A stretch of DNA of 64,000 bases, from the NCBI RefSeq assembly GCF_009834535.1, contig NC_045696.1:85190001-85254000 (forward strand), read 5' to 3'. Positions within the stretch are counted from its first letter, which is position 1, and every line of letters begins with the position of its first letter. The DNA is from Camelus ferus (Eukaryota). Shown here in pieces: positions 15,070 through 28,849 of the stretch. Both the position numbers and the translations under genes were made by a program. A model generated the notes under the pieces. It saw only the letters and a program-made list of their open reading frames with translations. It was not told the origin of the DNA and made no database searches.

Positions 15070-15228
15070 GGAGGCAGGCTACAGCTCAGTGGGAGAACAC
15101 ATGCTTAGCATGCACGAGGTCCTGGGTTCAACCCTCAGTACCGCCATTAAAAACAAACAAACAAATAAACAAACAAACCAACCTAATTGCCTTCCCCCCA
15201 AAAAACAAAGAAACAAACAACAAAACAA
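15070..15228 (+). mobile_element. tRNA-Ala(AGC)-derived SINE (camelid Vic-1-like)
   Basis: CAGCTCAGTGG (A box), TGCTTAGCATGCACGAGG, GGTTCAACCC (B box), A-rich tail; exact 12-bp TSD CAAAATAGATCT (15058-15069 and 15229-15240). Confidence 0.9.
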
Positions 15229-15540
15229 CAAAATAGATCTAGAGTTAAGATCACATATAAATTTTATCAACAGTGTAAAAAATTCTAGACAAATATATTT
15301 TCTAGTATTTAAATAATATTCTAAAACTGGTTGTGTAATCTAGTCATCTTAGTTCAGTCGATAGGAACATCATGAACTTTTTGCATTATTTAGAAATGTA
15401 CTTTGTAATGGTAATTTCATGCTGAATTCCTCAAAGGGATGGTGGTGTATAAGAAACACTTGGGAGAGGAAACAAGTAAATACCCAAATAGTTCTCCAGC
15501 CGTTGTTAACAGAACAATGAAGGTGCAGCATGTACACTAA

Positions 15541-15878
15541 TTTGAAGGTTAACTTTCATGTGTCAACTTAGCCGGCCCATTGTGCCTGGATATTTGGTCA
15601 AATATTATTCTGGATATTTTTTAGGTGTTTTTTTGGATGAGATTAACATTTAAATCATTGGGCTTTAAGTAAAGCAGATTCCCCTTATGATGTGGGTGAG
15701 CTTCATTCAACAGTTGACGGCCTTAAAGGAACAAAGACTGACCTCCCCTAAGCGAAAAGGAATTCTGTCAGCAGACAGCCTTTGAAGTCAGGTTGCAATT
15801 CATCCCTGGGTCTCCAGCCTGCCCTCCTCTCCTGCGGGCTTGACACTTGCACCTCCACACTCACTGGAGCCCATTTGT

Positions 15879-15935
<57 letters not shown>

Positions 15936-15990
15936 CTATACACACATAATCTCCTGGTGGTTCTCTTTTCTGGAGAACCTTGATAATAAT
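15541..15990 (+). mobile_element. MLT2 (ERVL) solo LTR
   Basis: GGTTAACTTTCATGTGTCAACTT...GGATGAGATTAACATTTAAATC...TCTGGAGAACCTTGA. Confidence 0.9.
15881..15932. repeat. (AAAT)13 microsatellite within MLT2
   Basis: Counted directly. Confidence 0.95.
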
Positions 15991-18677
15991 GACACTCTGT
16001 CACAATGAGACACTCTTAAACACTCTGAATAACATTATTCCTACCCACAAAATGAAGGAACTGCACCACATAACTTCAGAATATTTTGTAGCCAGAATTT
16101 CTATGAGCTACAATTTAAGTTCATTTTCTCAAAGAATTATAAGAAATAAGAACTTGACTGAGCTGCATTCTATTTCCATTGTTGATCACTTATAGTGTAA
16201 TCTTTAGTAAGCACTAAGAGGCAATAGTTGTAGTTATATACAAATTCATAACCATGTATAATCACTCTGTTTCTAAGGAAATCAGTTTAAGTCCATATGA
16301 TACCAGCACAAATGGCAAAAGAGAGAGAAAAAAATCTACATACACAGATTTTTCCCCCCAAACTAACCACTGAATCTTTTTTTTTCATGAACTGACCAGA
16401 ACAACTAATATTTGCTTATCATTTTATTTAAGAGTTATTGCTTTGATTGAAATTATATTTATTTTCAATGGTGAGTCATCTTTGCAATGTTATTTTGCCT
16501 TTAAAAGCTAACGATCTGTGCAGAATTCATATGCATATACCATCAAAAGCGTTTACATAAACACACAAAATAATTTATTTTCTTGATAATCCATCCACGT
16601 TGGCAACTATGTTTTTTAAACAGATGGCACTATGATAAATTACCCAATACACAGGAATCATGGCATGAATCTGGAAACTTTGCACAGATGCTTATAATGA
16701 AATGTTCATGATCACATAACACTTGCATATTCAGAGAATGACAGAGCCTTCTGTTGTGAAAGACATTTATATGGTGAGGTTTCTTTTAGTAATGTTTTGT
16801 GGTGCTGCGTTTTTTAAGGGTGATGTATTCCCCAGGAATTAAATGTATTTATTTATATTTATTTAAGGTAACATATTTCTAAGGAAAATTTGGGATGGGA
16901 AAGATAGATTTAGAGGGTTTTTTTTTTCTTTATCATTTTAATAAAAGGAGTTGAAAATACTCTGGACTTAAAGGTGTTTACAAAACTAGCTTTCCAGACC
17001 TCAAAACAATTTTAACTTTCAACCCCAGTGTTCTCCACGATATCAGGAGAAAAACTTCATTGTATTATATGGAGAAAATATCATTTCAAGTGAAAAATAA
17101 ACTGTTGATATCAAGATATATGCCTTGTGATGCTATGTTAATTCTCCTTGAAGTGCAAGCTACGGAATACCAGGTAAAATGGACCATTCAGGAAAAAAAT
17201 CTTTAATTCCAAAGGCACAAAGCTAATCAATTTGAGTTGTAAAGGACTTTAAGATGATATTAATAGGAAACTAGTGACTTGAAATGTTGAGGGATGATTC
17301 CCAAGGAAGGCAGATAAATCATTTGACATAATACTAACACAAATAACTGGTAGAAACATGGATGATAACAACCTCTTTCTTGGTTCTTTAATACTGAAAT
17401 ATGTAAGTCTCTAATATTCCAAAATCTGAGACTCAACCTCCAACACAAATTCTGTTTCTCTGGCTTACATATGGAGAAAATACATAAGTCCTAGTGAATT
17501 CTAGGAAGGAACTGGAGCACACAATTTATTTCTTTTTTACTCTCTGTGTCTGTCTTCACATGTGTCTCTCACATACATATCACTACACACATATAAACTT
17601 GCTTTAAAAAATTCAGTGGAACATATATGGGACCATAAGGAATATGCACAAATATTACTAATTATTTTAACTTCATTTGGATTAGCTCTTCTAAATTATA
17701 CATAAGCCATTCTCATCCACCTCCATGTGTATTATATGGGCAGTCATTATCGAACTTTAAGTCTATAAGCCAATGGTGATGAATTCAAAGTCCAATCTTG
17801 CGACACTTGTCTTTCAGTTTTATATTTCTAAACTGAATTATGAACAGATTTTGCCTAGGCACATTTGAGAGTTCCTTAAACAAAGTCTAAATTTAATTGA
17901 TGTACAATACATTTTATGTCTCTATGATAAAAAATTTAAGTATTATCAGGGACTTTTGTTGAAACAAACTAGTAGTCAGTATTAAAACAGGAACTTAGAA
18001 ATCCCCCCAATATTTTGATTCTTCTTAAGTGAGCTACAAATTGTTATTTTCTGATTAAGAGGAGTATAACAATCCCTTACTGAGTCAATATAAAAATGTG
18101 GGAGCTATTTTTTTCTTCTTTCAGTTTATATATCATGTTAAATATACTTTGGTTAATAAAAAATTTAAATATAAATAAAAATTTATGAGGGGATAGATTA
18201 AGTAGATACAAAGAGAAAGATCAGTTTTCCCCTGTATTTCCCTTAATTTTTCTCTCTTCACTCTAATTTGCTTTTACTTATTTTTCTTATGTTGAGGTGT
18301 TGTGTTTAATGATTATAACAAAATAAGAAAACTATCAAGAAATACTCAGGCCAACAGTTTTCAAAACATGGACTAGGGAATTCCTGCATCTCTATGGGAC
18401 TTTTTAGGGGGTCCACAAAGTCAAAACTATTTCCATAATATCAAGGCCTCATATGTATTTTTCACACTCATCTCATGGAGTTTTCCAGAGACTACATGAC
18501 ATGTGACATCACAACAGATAGGATGTGGAAACAGACATGAGAATCCAATTATATTCTATTAAGACAGACACTAAAAAGTTGTGTGTGTGTGTGTGTTAAT
18601 GCCACTCTTCTGACTAAATTATTTTGTGATTTAAAAAATCAAGTTATTATTTTCCTTAAAAATGTTTTAAAATTATC

Positions 18678-19262
18678 CTAATGTTCATAGCAGAACTGTT
18701 TATAATAGCCAAGACACAGACACAACCTAAATGTCCATCAACAGATGATTATATATATATATATATATATATATATAATGGAATATTACTCAGCCATAAA
18801 AAGGAATGAAATTAATGCCATTTGCAGCAACATGGATAGACCTAGAGATTATCATACTAAGTGAAGTAAGTCATATAGAGAAAGACAAATATCACATGGT
18901 ATCACTTATAGGTGGAATCTAAAAAAATGACACAAATGAGCTTATTTACATTACCGAAACAGAATCACAGACATAGAAAACAAACTTATTGTTCCCAAAG
19001 GGGAAGTAGGGGAGAGGGATAAATAAGGAGTTTGGGATTAGCAGATACATACTACTATATATAGAACAGATAAACAACAAGGTCCTACTGTATAGCACAG
19101 GACTATATTCAATAGCTTATAATAACCTATAATGAAAAAGAATATAAAAAAGAATGTGTGTATATATATATATATAATGTATAACTGAATCACTATGCTG
19201 TGCACCAGAAACTAATACAATATTGTCAATCAACTATACTTCAATAAAAATTAAATTAAAAA
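18678..19262 (+). mobile_element. Artiodactyl-type L1 3' end
   Basis: AATGTTCATAGCAG...GCCATTTGCAGCAACATGGA...AAACAACAAGGTCCTACTGTATAGCACAGG...CAACTATACTTCAATAAAAA. Confidence 0.93.
18750..18777. repeat. (TA)14 microsatellite inside L1
   Basis: Counted directly. Confidence 0.95.
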
Positions 19263-21189
19263 GCATATAATGGCTTTACTACCATTTTAAATAAATTAAT
19301 AAATAAATACTTATTAATTTTTGTTTTAAAATTTAACAATGTAAATATTAATAGATACAACTCATTAAAAAGCTACTTGGAATTCTCAGTAATTTTTAGG
19401 TGGATGAAAGAATCCAAAGTCCTAAAACCTGAAGATGCTCTGCCATAAATTAACCCTCAATACCTGAGATTATTGCCACTTTCCACATAAATGTAAAAAC
19501 CGAAAGTGACCGGAGTGCCCTAGTGTATACATCTCCCTTTTCTGTTAACCTATGCAGTTAAAGTACAGTAAGATATTTGATATTCAAATCACTGTGCTAA
19601 GCCCTGGGACTAGAATGATGAAGGAGACCCTGTGTCTATCACCACAGGAAGCAGTGTTCTGAATTAGCACGTTCTTGCAACTATGAGGATGGTATCCGCT
19701 TGAGAAATTGCAGCATATATCTGATACAGAGTGTTGTCTACTGAACACTGCCTTTCGCATTTTTATACTAATTACTATGCCTTAGCTATTCTTTATCTGC
19801 ATTTATAACAATGAATCAAGGTGACTGCCTTCCTACTCCTAAGGTCATGGTGCCTTTCTTTATACAAGGCCCAGAGTACACCTGGGCTATGCCCACTGCC
19901 TCAAAATTTTTTATTATGGCAGGAATATAAAAAGAAAAAAAGAAAAAAATCCTTATAATATAGGCTTTTGAGAGTCTATTTTAAAGTCAAAGCTTTTGAT
20001 TTACTAAAGTTGGGCTTTTTTAAGAGAATAAAAGATTCTTGAAAGGCAAACGTTGAAGGCATTTAGAGCAGAACATCAGCCTATGTCACAACAAGAATTG
20101 GGCTGATTAGAGAGGAAAACATGGGACTTGGCCCCAGGAAGATGTAGCTCATCTGGCATGGGGTTTAGAAGAAGATACTGAAACCTGCAGTGAGAGAGGA
20201 GACTTAGGAAGGTCATGGATGGAGAAGCTAACAAAGCATCATAAGCCCGGCCAGCACGGGTCCCACCACCACAGAGCTGTGCGGCGGAGGCACCGCAGTT
20301 CCCCAGTGAGTGTGCGCAGCACCTGTGCTGGGCTGAGTCATGTTGGTTACGCTTCTCATCACTCCTGGTAAGGGTGTTCCTGGATCATTTTCTGCACACA
20401 GAAGTGATTCTCACCTATGCTGCAAGATTCCTCAGAACTCCATTCAAAATACCCAACACAGGTGCTCAGCATTTACATCCAGACTTCTTGTAAGCCCTTC
20501 AAATAACACCGGAGAATTTACGAAATTAGAATGACATCTGGCAAAGACCTAAGCTACTGGACTATGGAGGTGGATATCAGACCTGTTACTCAGGGATTTA
20601 TGTCCATACCCCAGAGTCATTACCAACCTTTAGGGAAAAAACAAAACAAAACAGAGAGAGAGATGTCTAGTCATTTGAACCCAAGGTCGTGACCCTTTAG
20701 GGAAAAACTATCATAACAAGGAAGAAATAAGTTTTTCAAGGGGGGAAAAAAAGGAAAAGAAAAAAGGAAGAACATGGAAAATAACCTTTAAGTCTTCTTT
20801 CTTGGATTTTGGACTTTCAAAATATGGAACCTCTTTTCAAGTACAGAACACAAATTTCTACAGCTCATCCCGAAGTGTTGTGGCTGAGAGAATATTTGAA
20901 AAGGTTGGAATTTGTAGATGTATTCTGGTTTCTGCATCCAAGCCAGAAGGAAAATATGCAGCTGATAACATGGACACTAAGTCACTTTAGAGATGTCTTG
21001 AGAAGCCAAGAAGGAGACGCATCATTCTTTAGGGTGTGAGAACAGCTGCACCCCTCTTGAATCAGATGCAATTTTGACTCAACTGGATAACGATGCACAA
21101 CTAAATGCTCAAAGAAAGCCTTGCCTCTGCTGGTGGCAAAGCTACGAGTGGAGGGCATGAACGTTCTTGGATCCACCGTAGACCTTCTG

Positions 21190-21266
21190 AACCGAAAAAT
21201 CTGGGTGTGGTGCTTTAACAAACCGTTCAGGTGATTCTGATACACAGTTACTTTGAGAAGCATTGT
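21190..21266 (+). mobile_element. MER5A-like hAT fragment
   Basis: TTTAACAAACCGTTCAGGTGATTCTGAT...TTTGAGAAGCATTG. Confidence 0.65.
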
Positions 21267-24200
21267 TCTGCGGTAAGACACAGCGTCCTCTAGTGCTCAG
21301 ATGTTGGAAAGATGGCAAGTGATAGAAAAATCAAGTTTGAGAATATTCAGCTTTCAAATTCTAGGGCAAAATGGCATTCTTGCCTAAGAATAAATGTCTT
21401 TTTCAGGAAACAATGTTGTACTCGGGTAGGATGAAATCGAGATGGAATTCTTTTTTTTTTTTTTTTCAGACAAAAGCAACAAAATTCTATTCCTAGTAAT
21501 CTGTTGTACACTGGCTTCCATACTTATGGAAATAATAGTATATTTCATATTAGAGAAAGTTCAAATATAGTGTAAAGAATTTATTGATCAATTTTGGGTT
21601 TCAAATTAAACAATTTTTTAGTCTAATGGAAGATACTAGATTGACTTTACTGTTCTTTTTTTCTGTATTTTAGACACTTCTTTACAAATATCAAGGTAAA
21701 ATTAAGAGATCTGAGTAGAGATTTTTGCAAAAGCCAAGTGTAAAGACATAGTATATAAATGATACAAAGACAGCTTTACTGTGACTTAGAAAGGAAATAA
21801 ATGTGTGAGCAGTGAGAGAAACATAAATCTATAGAATAGAAGACTTGTTGACATATTCAGCAGGGGTCTGATAAGGGACGAAACACCCCTTGGGGTGGGG
21901 CAAGATAGGGCACAGAACAAGCCGAGAGAGAAGATCTGGTGCCTGAGGCACATTATAACCACAGAAGAGGAGAAGTAACAGCTTGACATTTCCAGATGGA
22001 AGGAGAACTGAAGGCGGTGTCCGGGGATCTACCTCCAAGCTTGCTTGAAGCATCCAAGAGCTACAGAAGCTCTTCATCATTCTCCAAGCATGTGGTCGTG
22101 CTGAGCACCTGGGACCTGCAGGTGCCACAAGTTGGAATAAGGCAGCAGCAGAATCTGGTAACACTATGATCTGAGGTCATGGGAGCTACCCACTTATCCT
22201 GAGAGGATACCAGCCTGATCGTCTAAAAGCAGGCAGATCACGTGCTCCTGAGCAGACATCAGTTCAGGAGAGACAGTCAGACAATGGAGTTCAGTAAGGA
22301 CAAGAAGATGGTTATGGACAATGCCTTCCATGGAGATTAAAACATTTCACTTTGAACCAAGGTATTAAACTGGAAAGTCATGGCAAGCCCCTCAGAAGCA
22401 GAAAGTAGCCCTGATAGTACTCTTAATCTTTATATTGACTATTTAAATGAAAGTTACTGTTTTAAACCAGAAGAGATCAAATTATATTCAATAAACAAAT
22501 GGAAGGTCCACTCCTCTGTCCCTACCATTAGCAGGAATGTATACTCCAAGACTCAATGTCAGCTATAGATAATCAAGTTATATTGTCAGTTAAAATCCAT
22601 AACTAAATACAGAAGGACTCAGAATCCACAGGTTTTTCTTTTCCAAAAATCTTAGATCGTCCAACAAAAGCCCTCCCTCACAGCAAGTGAGGTACTTTGG
22701 GAACATCTCAGATAAGGAGATCAATTTGTGTCCAAAGAGATATTATACTGGCAGTTAAGTAAATGCACACTCTTTACCTAAAACTATAGTTACAGGCAAT
22801 CCAGGCATGTAGAAAAGCAGCAATAAACTGCATTTGTTGAAGTAGGATGTTCACTATCATACTAGCATCTTTTCAAATAAATATGAGAGGAAGCTACAAC
22901 AATCAAAAAGTTTCCCGGGAATATTTGTGAAAAATCAAAATGACTTATTCACCAAAGCTAAGCTGAGTAACCTGGCATGTGTGTTTCTCAAATATTGACA
23001 TCCACTTCTAAGGCCATAAGATACAGCTTGTAGCCAGGATTTGAGTGCAAACAACTCAAGATATGCTACATAAAATGATGCCAAATGAGATAATAAATGC
23101 CTTCTATAAAAACAAACTTACTCATAAAAGACATTCTCTGTAGACAGATAACTCACACTGACAGCTGGTGAATTTCAGAATTCTTTAGGCAATTCTTCTA
23201 TTGACCATTCTCTCTGGCCCAAGTTTATAATGTTAACTGATTATCATGAAAAAAAGGTGGCTAAGGATACATTTTAAAAAGAGAGTTTAGATAATTTGGG
23301 ATTTGTAATGGCAGACACTAAAGAGCTTTAATATGTTATGTTATATTATCTTTCTAGAGATGTCGACAAGTTAAAAGGATGAAGCACAAAGGAAAGATTC
23401 CAGCAAGGCATGTCTGGTTATATAAGTAAGATTGTAGCCTGATACTACAAACAAAAGTTTCCAAACAGTACACATTTCAAAAATGCAGCCATAAATCTAT
23501 TTAAAGAGCTTCTTCATTCAGACCTGCAAACATAGCATTGTCTTTGTCAATTTGTCTGTCGTCTGTTCTGGTAAATGACATTGTTCTGGAGCAGTAATCA
23601 ATTGATGTCTCCATGCCATCTGGCATCCTGTTGCTGAGCACAGCAGCCGCCCCGTAAGGTGAAGTGTGAGTGGCAAGAAGCCGGGTTTGTGTTCATCACG
23701 ATGTCACAGTCCAGACCACACAGTCAATAAATCCTTCATATGCCAGGCTCATCCTAATGGTGAAGAAATGCCTTGGCAATGCAGCAAAGAAAACCTGATG
23801 CCAAGTAATAACTCCAATAAGATTTTGGAAATCTTGCTTTGTTGATAGAATGACCTCATAAGAAAGGATACTGTTCTTTACTGGGATGGAATATCAATGT
23901 CATTAACAGCTGTGTCATTACATAAAATGTTACTGAAAACTCTTGAGTTCATATCTGTTCTTTATCACTTAGGTATATGAGTAATGTTTCTTACGGACTC
24001 ACTGTCACCTATCAGTAGGGTCTTCAAATGTCTTGAGTGTTAAAGGCTACACTATTCATAATTATGCAGCAAAAACAAGCATATACCAGGAGTGTCTCAG
24101 AAAAATAAAGTACCAGTCTACAATTTGAGAAAGCTGAGTCCCATTAGCTATTATGAAATTCAAGTAAAAACTTTAGTTCTTATCAAAATGTTCCCAAAAT

Positions 24201-27200
24201 ACTACTAATGGATTACTTTCAAAACATCATAAATAATCAGCTGTTGTTAAGCTCGGGGGTGGTAAAAGTTACACAAATCTTCCTTGATGCAAGAATAGTA
24301 AGGTGTTGATTTTGTTTAAAAAAATCACTAATGCATATGAACTATAATCGTGGTGAACCTATACATTCCAGGAAGTCTTTCTTTGCCATTATATTTCATG
24401 ACTCCCACAGTCAGCATTAACCGCCATGGGAATGTGTGTGACTTGTTCAAAAATATCACCTTGAATTTGATATTCCAGATCTTCTACTGCATTCTGTAGA
24501 CAAAAGAGACACGTCTAACTTTCCAATAAATTGCTTCATTGTGTGTATCCAGCTGGCACAGAACTGATTCAGAACATACCATGGGGAAAGTTATGGGCAC
24601 ATCCCTGCAGCAGATAAACACCTAATAACACATGAATCATTTCTGAAGATATCCCCAATGATGAGACATTTCTTCTTTACAAAAGTGTACTTCCTCTTTC
24701 TAACAGCGAAACTCTTGGAGAAATAAGCACACTGTACGTTTAAAAGTTTCTAGAAAAGTGATCTACATGCTTTAGACATGTATTTATACATTCAAGCAAC
24801 TACCAAGTTTTTAGACACTGTCTACTGTATACTAAAGAATTTGCAATGTGCTAGGAATACAAAGATGTACAAAATGATGTCCATTTTATGAACTCAGATA
24901 CAAGAGAGTGACACGAGAAAATCAACATGTAAGGAACTACAGCATTTACTCTAAAGGCACCCCGTCTCTTTTTCTTTAACCACTTACCATGGCCTATTCA
25001 CGTGTTTTAACGGAAGTAATCACAGTATAACATTCACTTAAAAATGACTATTTATTTGAATGATGCAGATCAAAAGAAGGAGCGATAAAAATAGGACTAG
25101 TCCTCCATCCTTCTATTTTCACATCTTTGCTTCTAAATTTTCATATTCTTGGAAGATGGCCATCCTTCCTCAGGATGATGGTGACTGCCTTTAAATGTAC
25201 TTTTATTTGCCCTTATACTTTGATGTTGCTGCTTTTGAAATCTATGATAACACACACAGGGACATTTCTTATCTCTCTAAGACCAAGTGAGAAGAGTGGG
25301 ACCCTTATCACTGTTGGTCCTACAATCTTATTGTGCTTTGGGAAACCGAGTGTGATGAACAATAGAAACCAACATTTTTCTAGTTATTTATATTTATAAA
25401 ATATAAAATAGAGCTATGCAATGATATTATAATTTATTACATGCTTTTCCATATATTACTTCATGAGATCTTCCCCCAAATTTAATGAAATACACAGGAT
25501 AGAAACACATATTCTCTTTTTAGGGCTCCTAATGTCTTTTCTATGTCCACCGATTTAGGTTTAAATAAGCTTATGCATTCATAATTTTAACAATTACAGG
25601 ATAAAAATAAGTCAGATGTGTATATCTATTTGTAGGGGAATACTTTCTAAGGTCTACAAATAGGTTGCCTTTCAAGTCATGTTTCTTGGGATTTGTGGCA
25701 CTAATCTATATTTTATGCCATGTTAATCTTTTAAACAGAGCCAGACAACTGACAACAGATTTATATAGAGGACTAAAAAGTCATCTGGCAGGCTTAAGGA
25801 GGAAATCAAAGATAGAACCAACCATTACTTGGAGTCAGCAAATTATCTTAACATAAATTTTCTCATGGCCAGCAAAACAAGCTTCTCCATACTTGGGCAT
25901 ATACTCTGAATAAAATTTCTTTGTATGGTAAAATCATTCTGTGAATGTGATTGGTAAACATAAACAGACAAAAAAATAATGTTAAGATACAGATTGTGCT
26001 AAGACATAGCAAGATTAATTGTTAGTTGCCTAATTATATTTAGTAACTGCAATAATGCCCCGGCAATCCAGTGCTTAAACTTAGTCATACTATTTAGCAT
26101 TACACTCATAATCCAGTTGCAAAACAGAGGTGAATCCCAGCAGATCACAATGTCTACATTGTGGCTTTTCACTCTATTTCTTCCCATTCTCCCCCAAAAT
26201 CAGGTTTGAATTTTGGCATTTGCAATGTCACTATGGGGTAATAAAAATAAGGTTTCAGAGAAAAAAACTAAAGGAGAGGTATCTGGAAATATTGCAAAGA
26301 GAATAAAGGGAAAGAAGACATTGAAGACAGAGCTTGCAGGGGAGAAAAAGAAAAGAAAAGAAAAACAGGAGAGATTACTCTGAGAATGAAGGCAAGCCAA
26401 GACTAAGACCCTGCTGGGGAAGGGGCCACCTGTTACTCTTTTTTAATGCTTGTCTCAGAAGTCACTGGATGACTCCAAAATGTGCTCACAGAATGATCAA
26501 AATTGCTTCATTAAGAAGCTTATTTTATTTTGTTCACTTATTTTCTTTTTTCATATGAAGTATAAACCATACCTTAGAACTTGATGATAAAAAACTCATT
26601 TAAAAAATTTTAATGCCCTGTTGTGTTTCTAGTATTCCATAGGTCCCACCATCCATGATGCTGAATTTCACCCTCTGTTTAAGTTACAAAATTCTGGATA
26701 TAATCTGAGTGATTTCTAAGGAATATCAAACATTCAGTTCTCCATCAATCATATATCTAATGGTTTTAATACCAATATTTAATCCTGCCTGACCCAATTT
26801 TCATCAGGTTTTGTGAAATTTTTGTTTGTAACATAGTATTCCTTCTTCATGTGTTAGTTGTCCTTGTCTAAATTAGAGTTATCTCCCAGTAACAGAGCTA
26901 TTTAGTTTTGTATTCTGTTTATCAGATTACTGATTGATTTCACTTATAGCAGGTGGATTTCCATAGATCTTACAGAGGTATTTAGGGATAAAGAAGTGTG
27001 AAGCCTCCAAATAATAATGAAATAATTGAGGAAAATAATAGTCACATATATGTACATACATATGTTATCATATACATTTATATGAAGAAAGAGAACATGA
27101 TATTGAAAATGTGCTAAAATAGTAACATCTAAATTAAAAAGTTACATTTCAGGAAACTAATAAAGACATGAAAATATGGCTGATCACAGTAATAAAAATG

Positions 27201-27769
27201 AATTAAACATAAAGCCATATTTTATCAAGTGAAAAAGGAAAAATAGGAAAATATGTAATTGTCTTTTGAACATAAAGGGAACACATTCTAAATCGCCTAT
27301 GGGAGTATAAATTGATAATATTTTGTAGAGGTAGTTGGTGGTGTGTGTTTTAGTCATAAAAATGTACATACCTTTTGAACAATTCTGATTTAAATAATTA
27401 TTCCATGAAAAATAAGAAATATGTAAAAATATTTATAATTATTATGGCCATTTTTATACCACTATTTCCATGATAAATGCAAAGCAATCTACCTTTACAA
27501 CAAAAGATGAGTTAGATAAATGATAGTATACCCATAAAAACAATTAAGATATAGGCAATAAAATTAAATGGGAGAAAAATATATGATAGCACCAGTTATA
27601 TGAAAGTAGACTGCAAAATACTATATTTGGTACATTTATAAATTAGCTTAAAGTAAGAGGTGTAATTGCACATGAGTAAATAGGAGAAAAAAGAAAAACT
27701 GTAATACAAGATAACAATTCTCTGAGCAGCCAGGCACTAGGACCCTGCCTCTCAGAGTGAGGTCGGTGA

Positions 27770-27920
27770 ACTTCCCGAATCCATCTCATGTAGGAGGCTA
27801 CTTTAAATATCCCACCCCAGATCTACTCAAATCAAAGCCCAAGGATGTGTCCCAGAAATCAGAATTTTTAAAGACTACCTAATTGATCTGGTGGAATGCT
27901 AATGTACAATTTTTCTGAGA
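27770..27920 (+). mobile_element. MER5-like hAT fragment
   Basis: CCCACCCCAGATCTACTCAAATCA...CCCAGAAATCAGAATTTTTAA. Confidence 0.5.
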
Positions 27921-28318
27921 GTAGAACTCTAAGATAATCAAGTGCCTGGTAAGAGTAAATTTAAGTCAGTTTAATAAGTTAGATTATAAACAAAGAAGGG
28001 TGCTGCTTCTCATTCTCTCTTTTTTCATGTTCAAAAAATGAGTTTCTCCTTCTTTCTTTGCTCGAGCCCTGTGTCATTTAGTTTCAGAATTTACTTCCTT
28101 ACTATGATTCTCCGGCCTTTGCCAGTTCCATGAAAATGAGCTTAGTACCGTATTTCCTCAGAAGCTATGGCTTTTTATTGATTTTAATTATCCCCTTAGA
28201 GTCTAGTGTTTCAGACTTTTACCAGATTGTTGGTACCTATAAACCTTTTTCCAGAACTTTTCACACAGACAACCTGTATCCCAGTATAAATAGCACAGGG
28301 CTACTTCAGTCTCCCCAC

Positions 28319-28846
28319 TGTTGCCAGAAAATAGGTTCTTGTCTCACACAGGAAAGAATTCCAGAGCAAGGAATAGTAAAGTGAAAGCTAGTTTATTCAG
28401 GGAGATATACACTCCATAGACAGAATGTGGGCCATCTCAAAAGGCAAGAGGGAGAGGCCAAGAGGTGTGGGGGTATTTGGCTTAAATTAAAAGTAGATAC
28501 ACACTCCAAAGACAGAGTATGGGCCGTCTCAGAAGTCAAGAGAGAGCAAACACAAGGTGCGGGGCTGTTAATTTTTATGGGCTCAACAATTTCATTTGTC
28601 AATAAGGAGGATTATTCCAACTATTCTGGGGAAAGGGTGGGGATTTCCAGGAATTTGATCCTACCTACTTTTTGACCTTTTGTGGTTAGCCTAGGAACTG
28701 TCATGGCACCTGTGGGAGCACCATAAGGCTCAAGGTCTACTGGTAATCAAGTCTTCTGCCATCTTGGTTCTAACCAGTTTGTTATGTCTTCAATTGCTGT
28801 GTCATTCCTTCAGTGATTGTGCCCAGGGCCCCTCCCTCCTGTTTCA
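28319..28846 (-). mobile_element. ERV1-type solo LTR (copy A)
   Basis: TG...CA termini; minus-strand AATAAA (~28392) and CCCATAAAAA TATA-like motif (~28575); homologous to the LTRs at 28850 and 54293. Confidence 0.85.
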
Positions 28847-28849
28847 CAC

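Larger units (their letters stand above)
18352..19442 (+). mobile_element. hAT-Charlie MITE (Charlie4a-like) split by an L1 insertion
   Basis: Left part (~18352-18675): AGGGGGTCCACAAAGTCAAAACTATTT...GGAGTTTTCCAGAGACTACATGAC. The right part resumes at ~19263-19442. Confidence 0.7.

Noticed and set aside
15070..15146. tRNA-Ala gene (also 60876-60956)
   Set aside because: Degenerate stems, an A-rich tail and TSDs identify SINE copies.
20627..20707. 14-bp direct repeat CCTTTAGGGAAAAA as a TSD
   Set aside because: The ~53 bp between copies has no recognisable element or 3' poly(A); a small local duplication is more likely.
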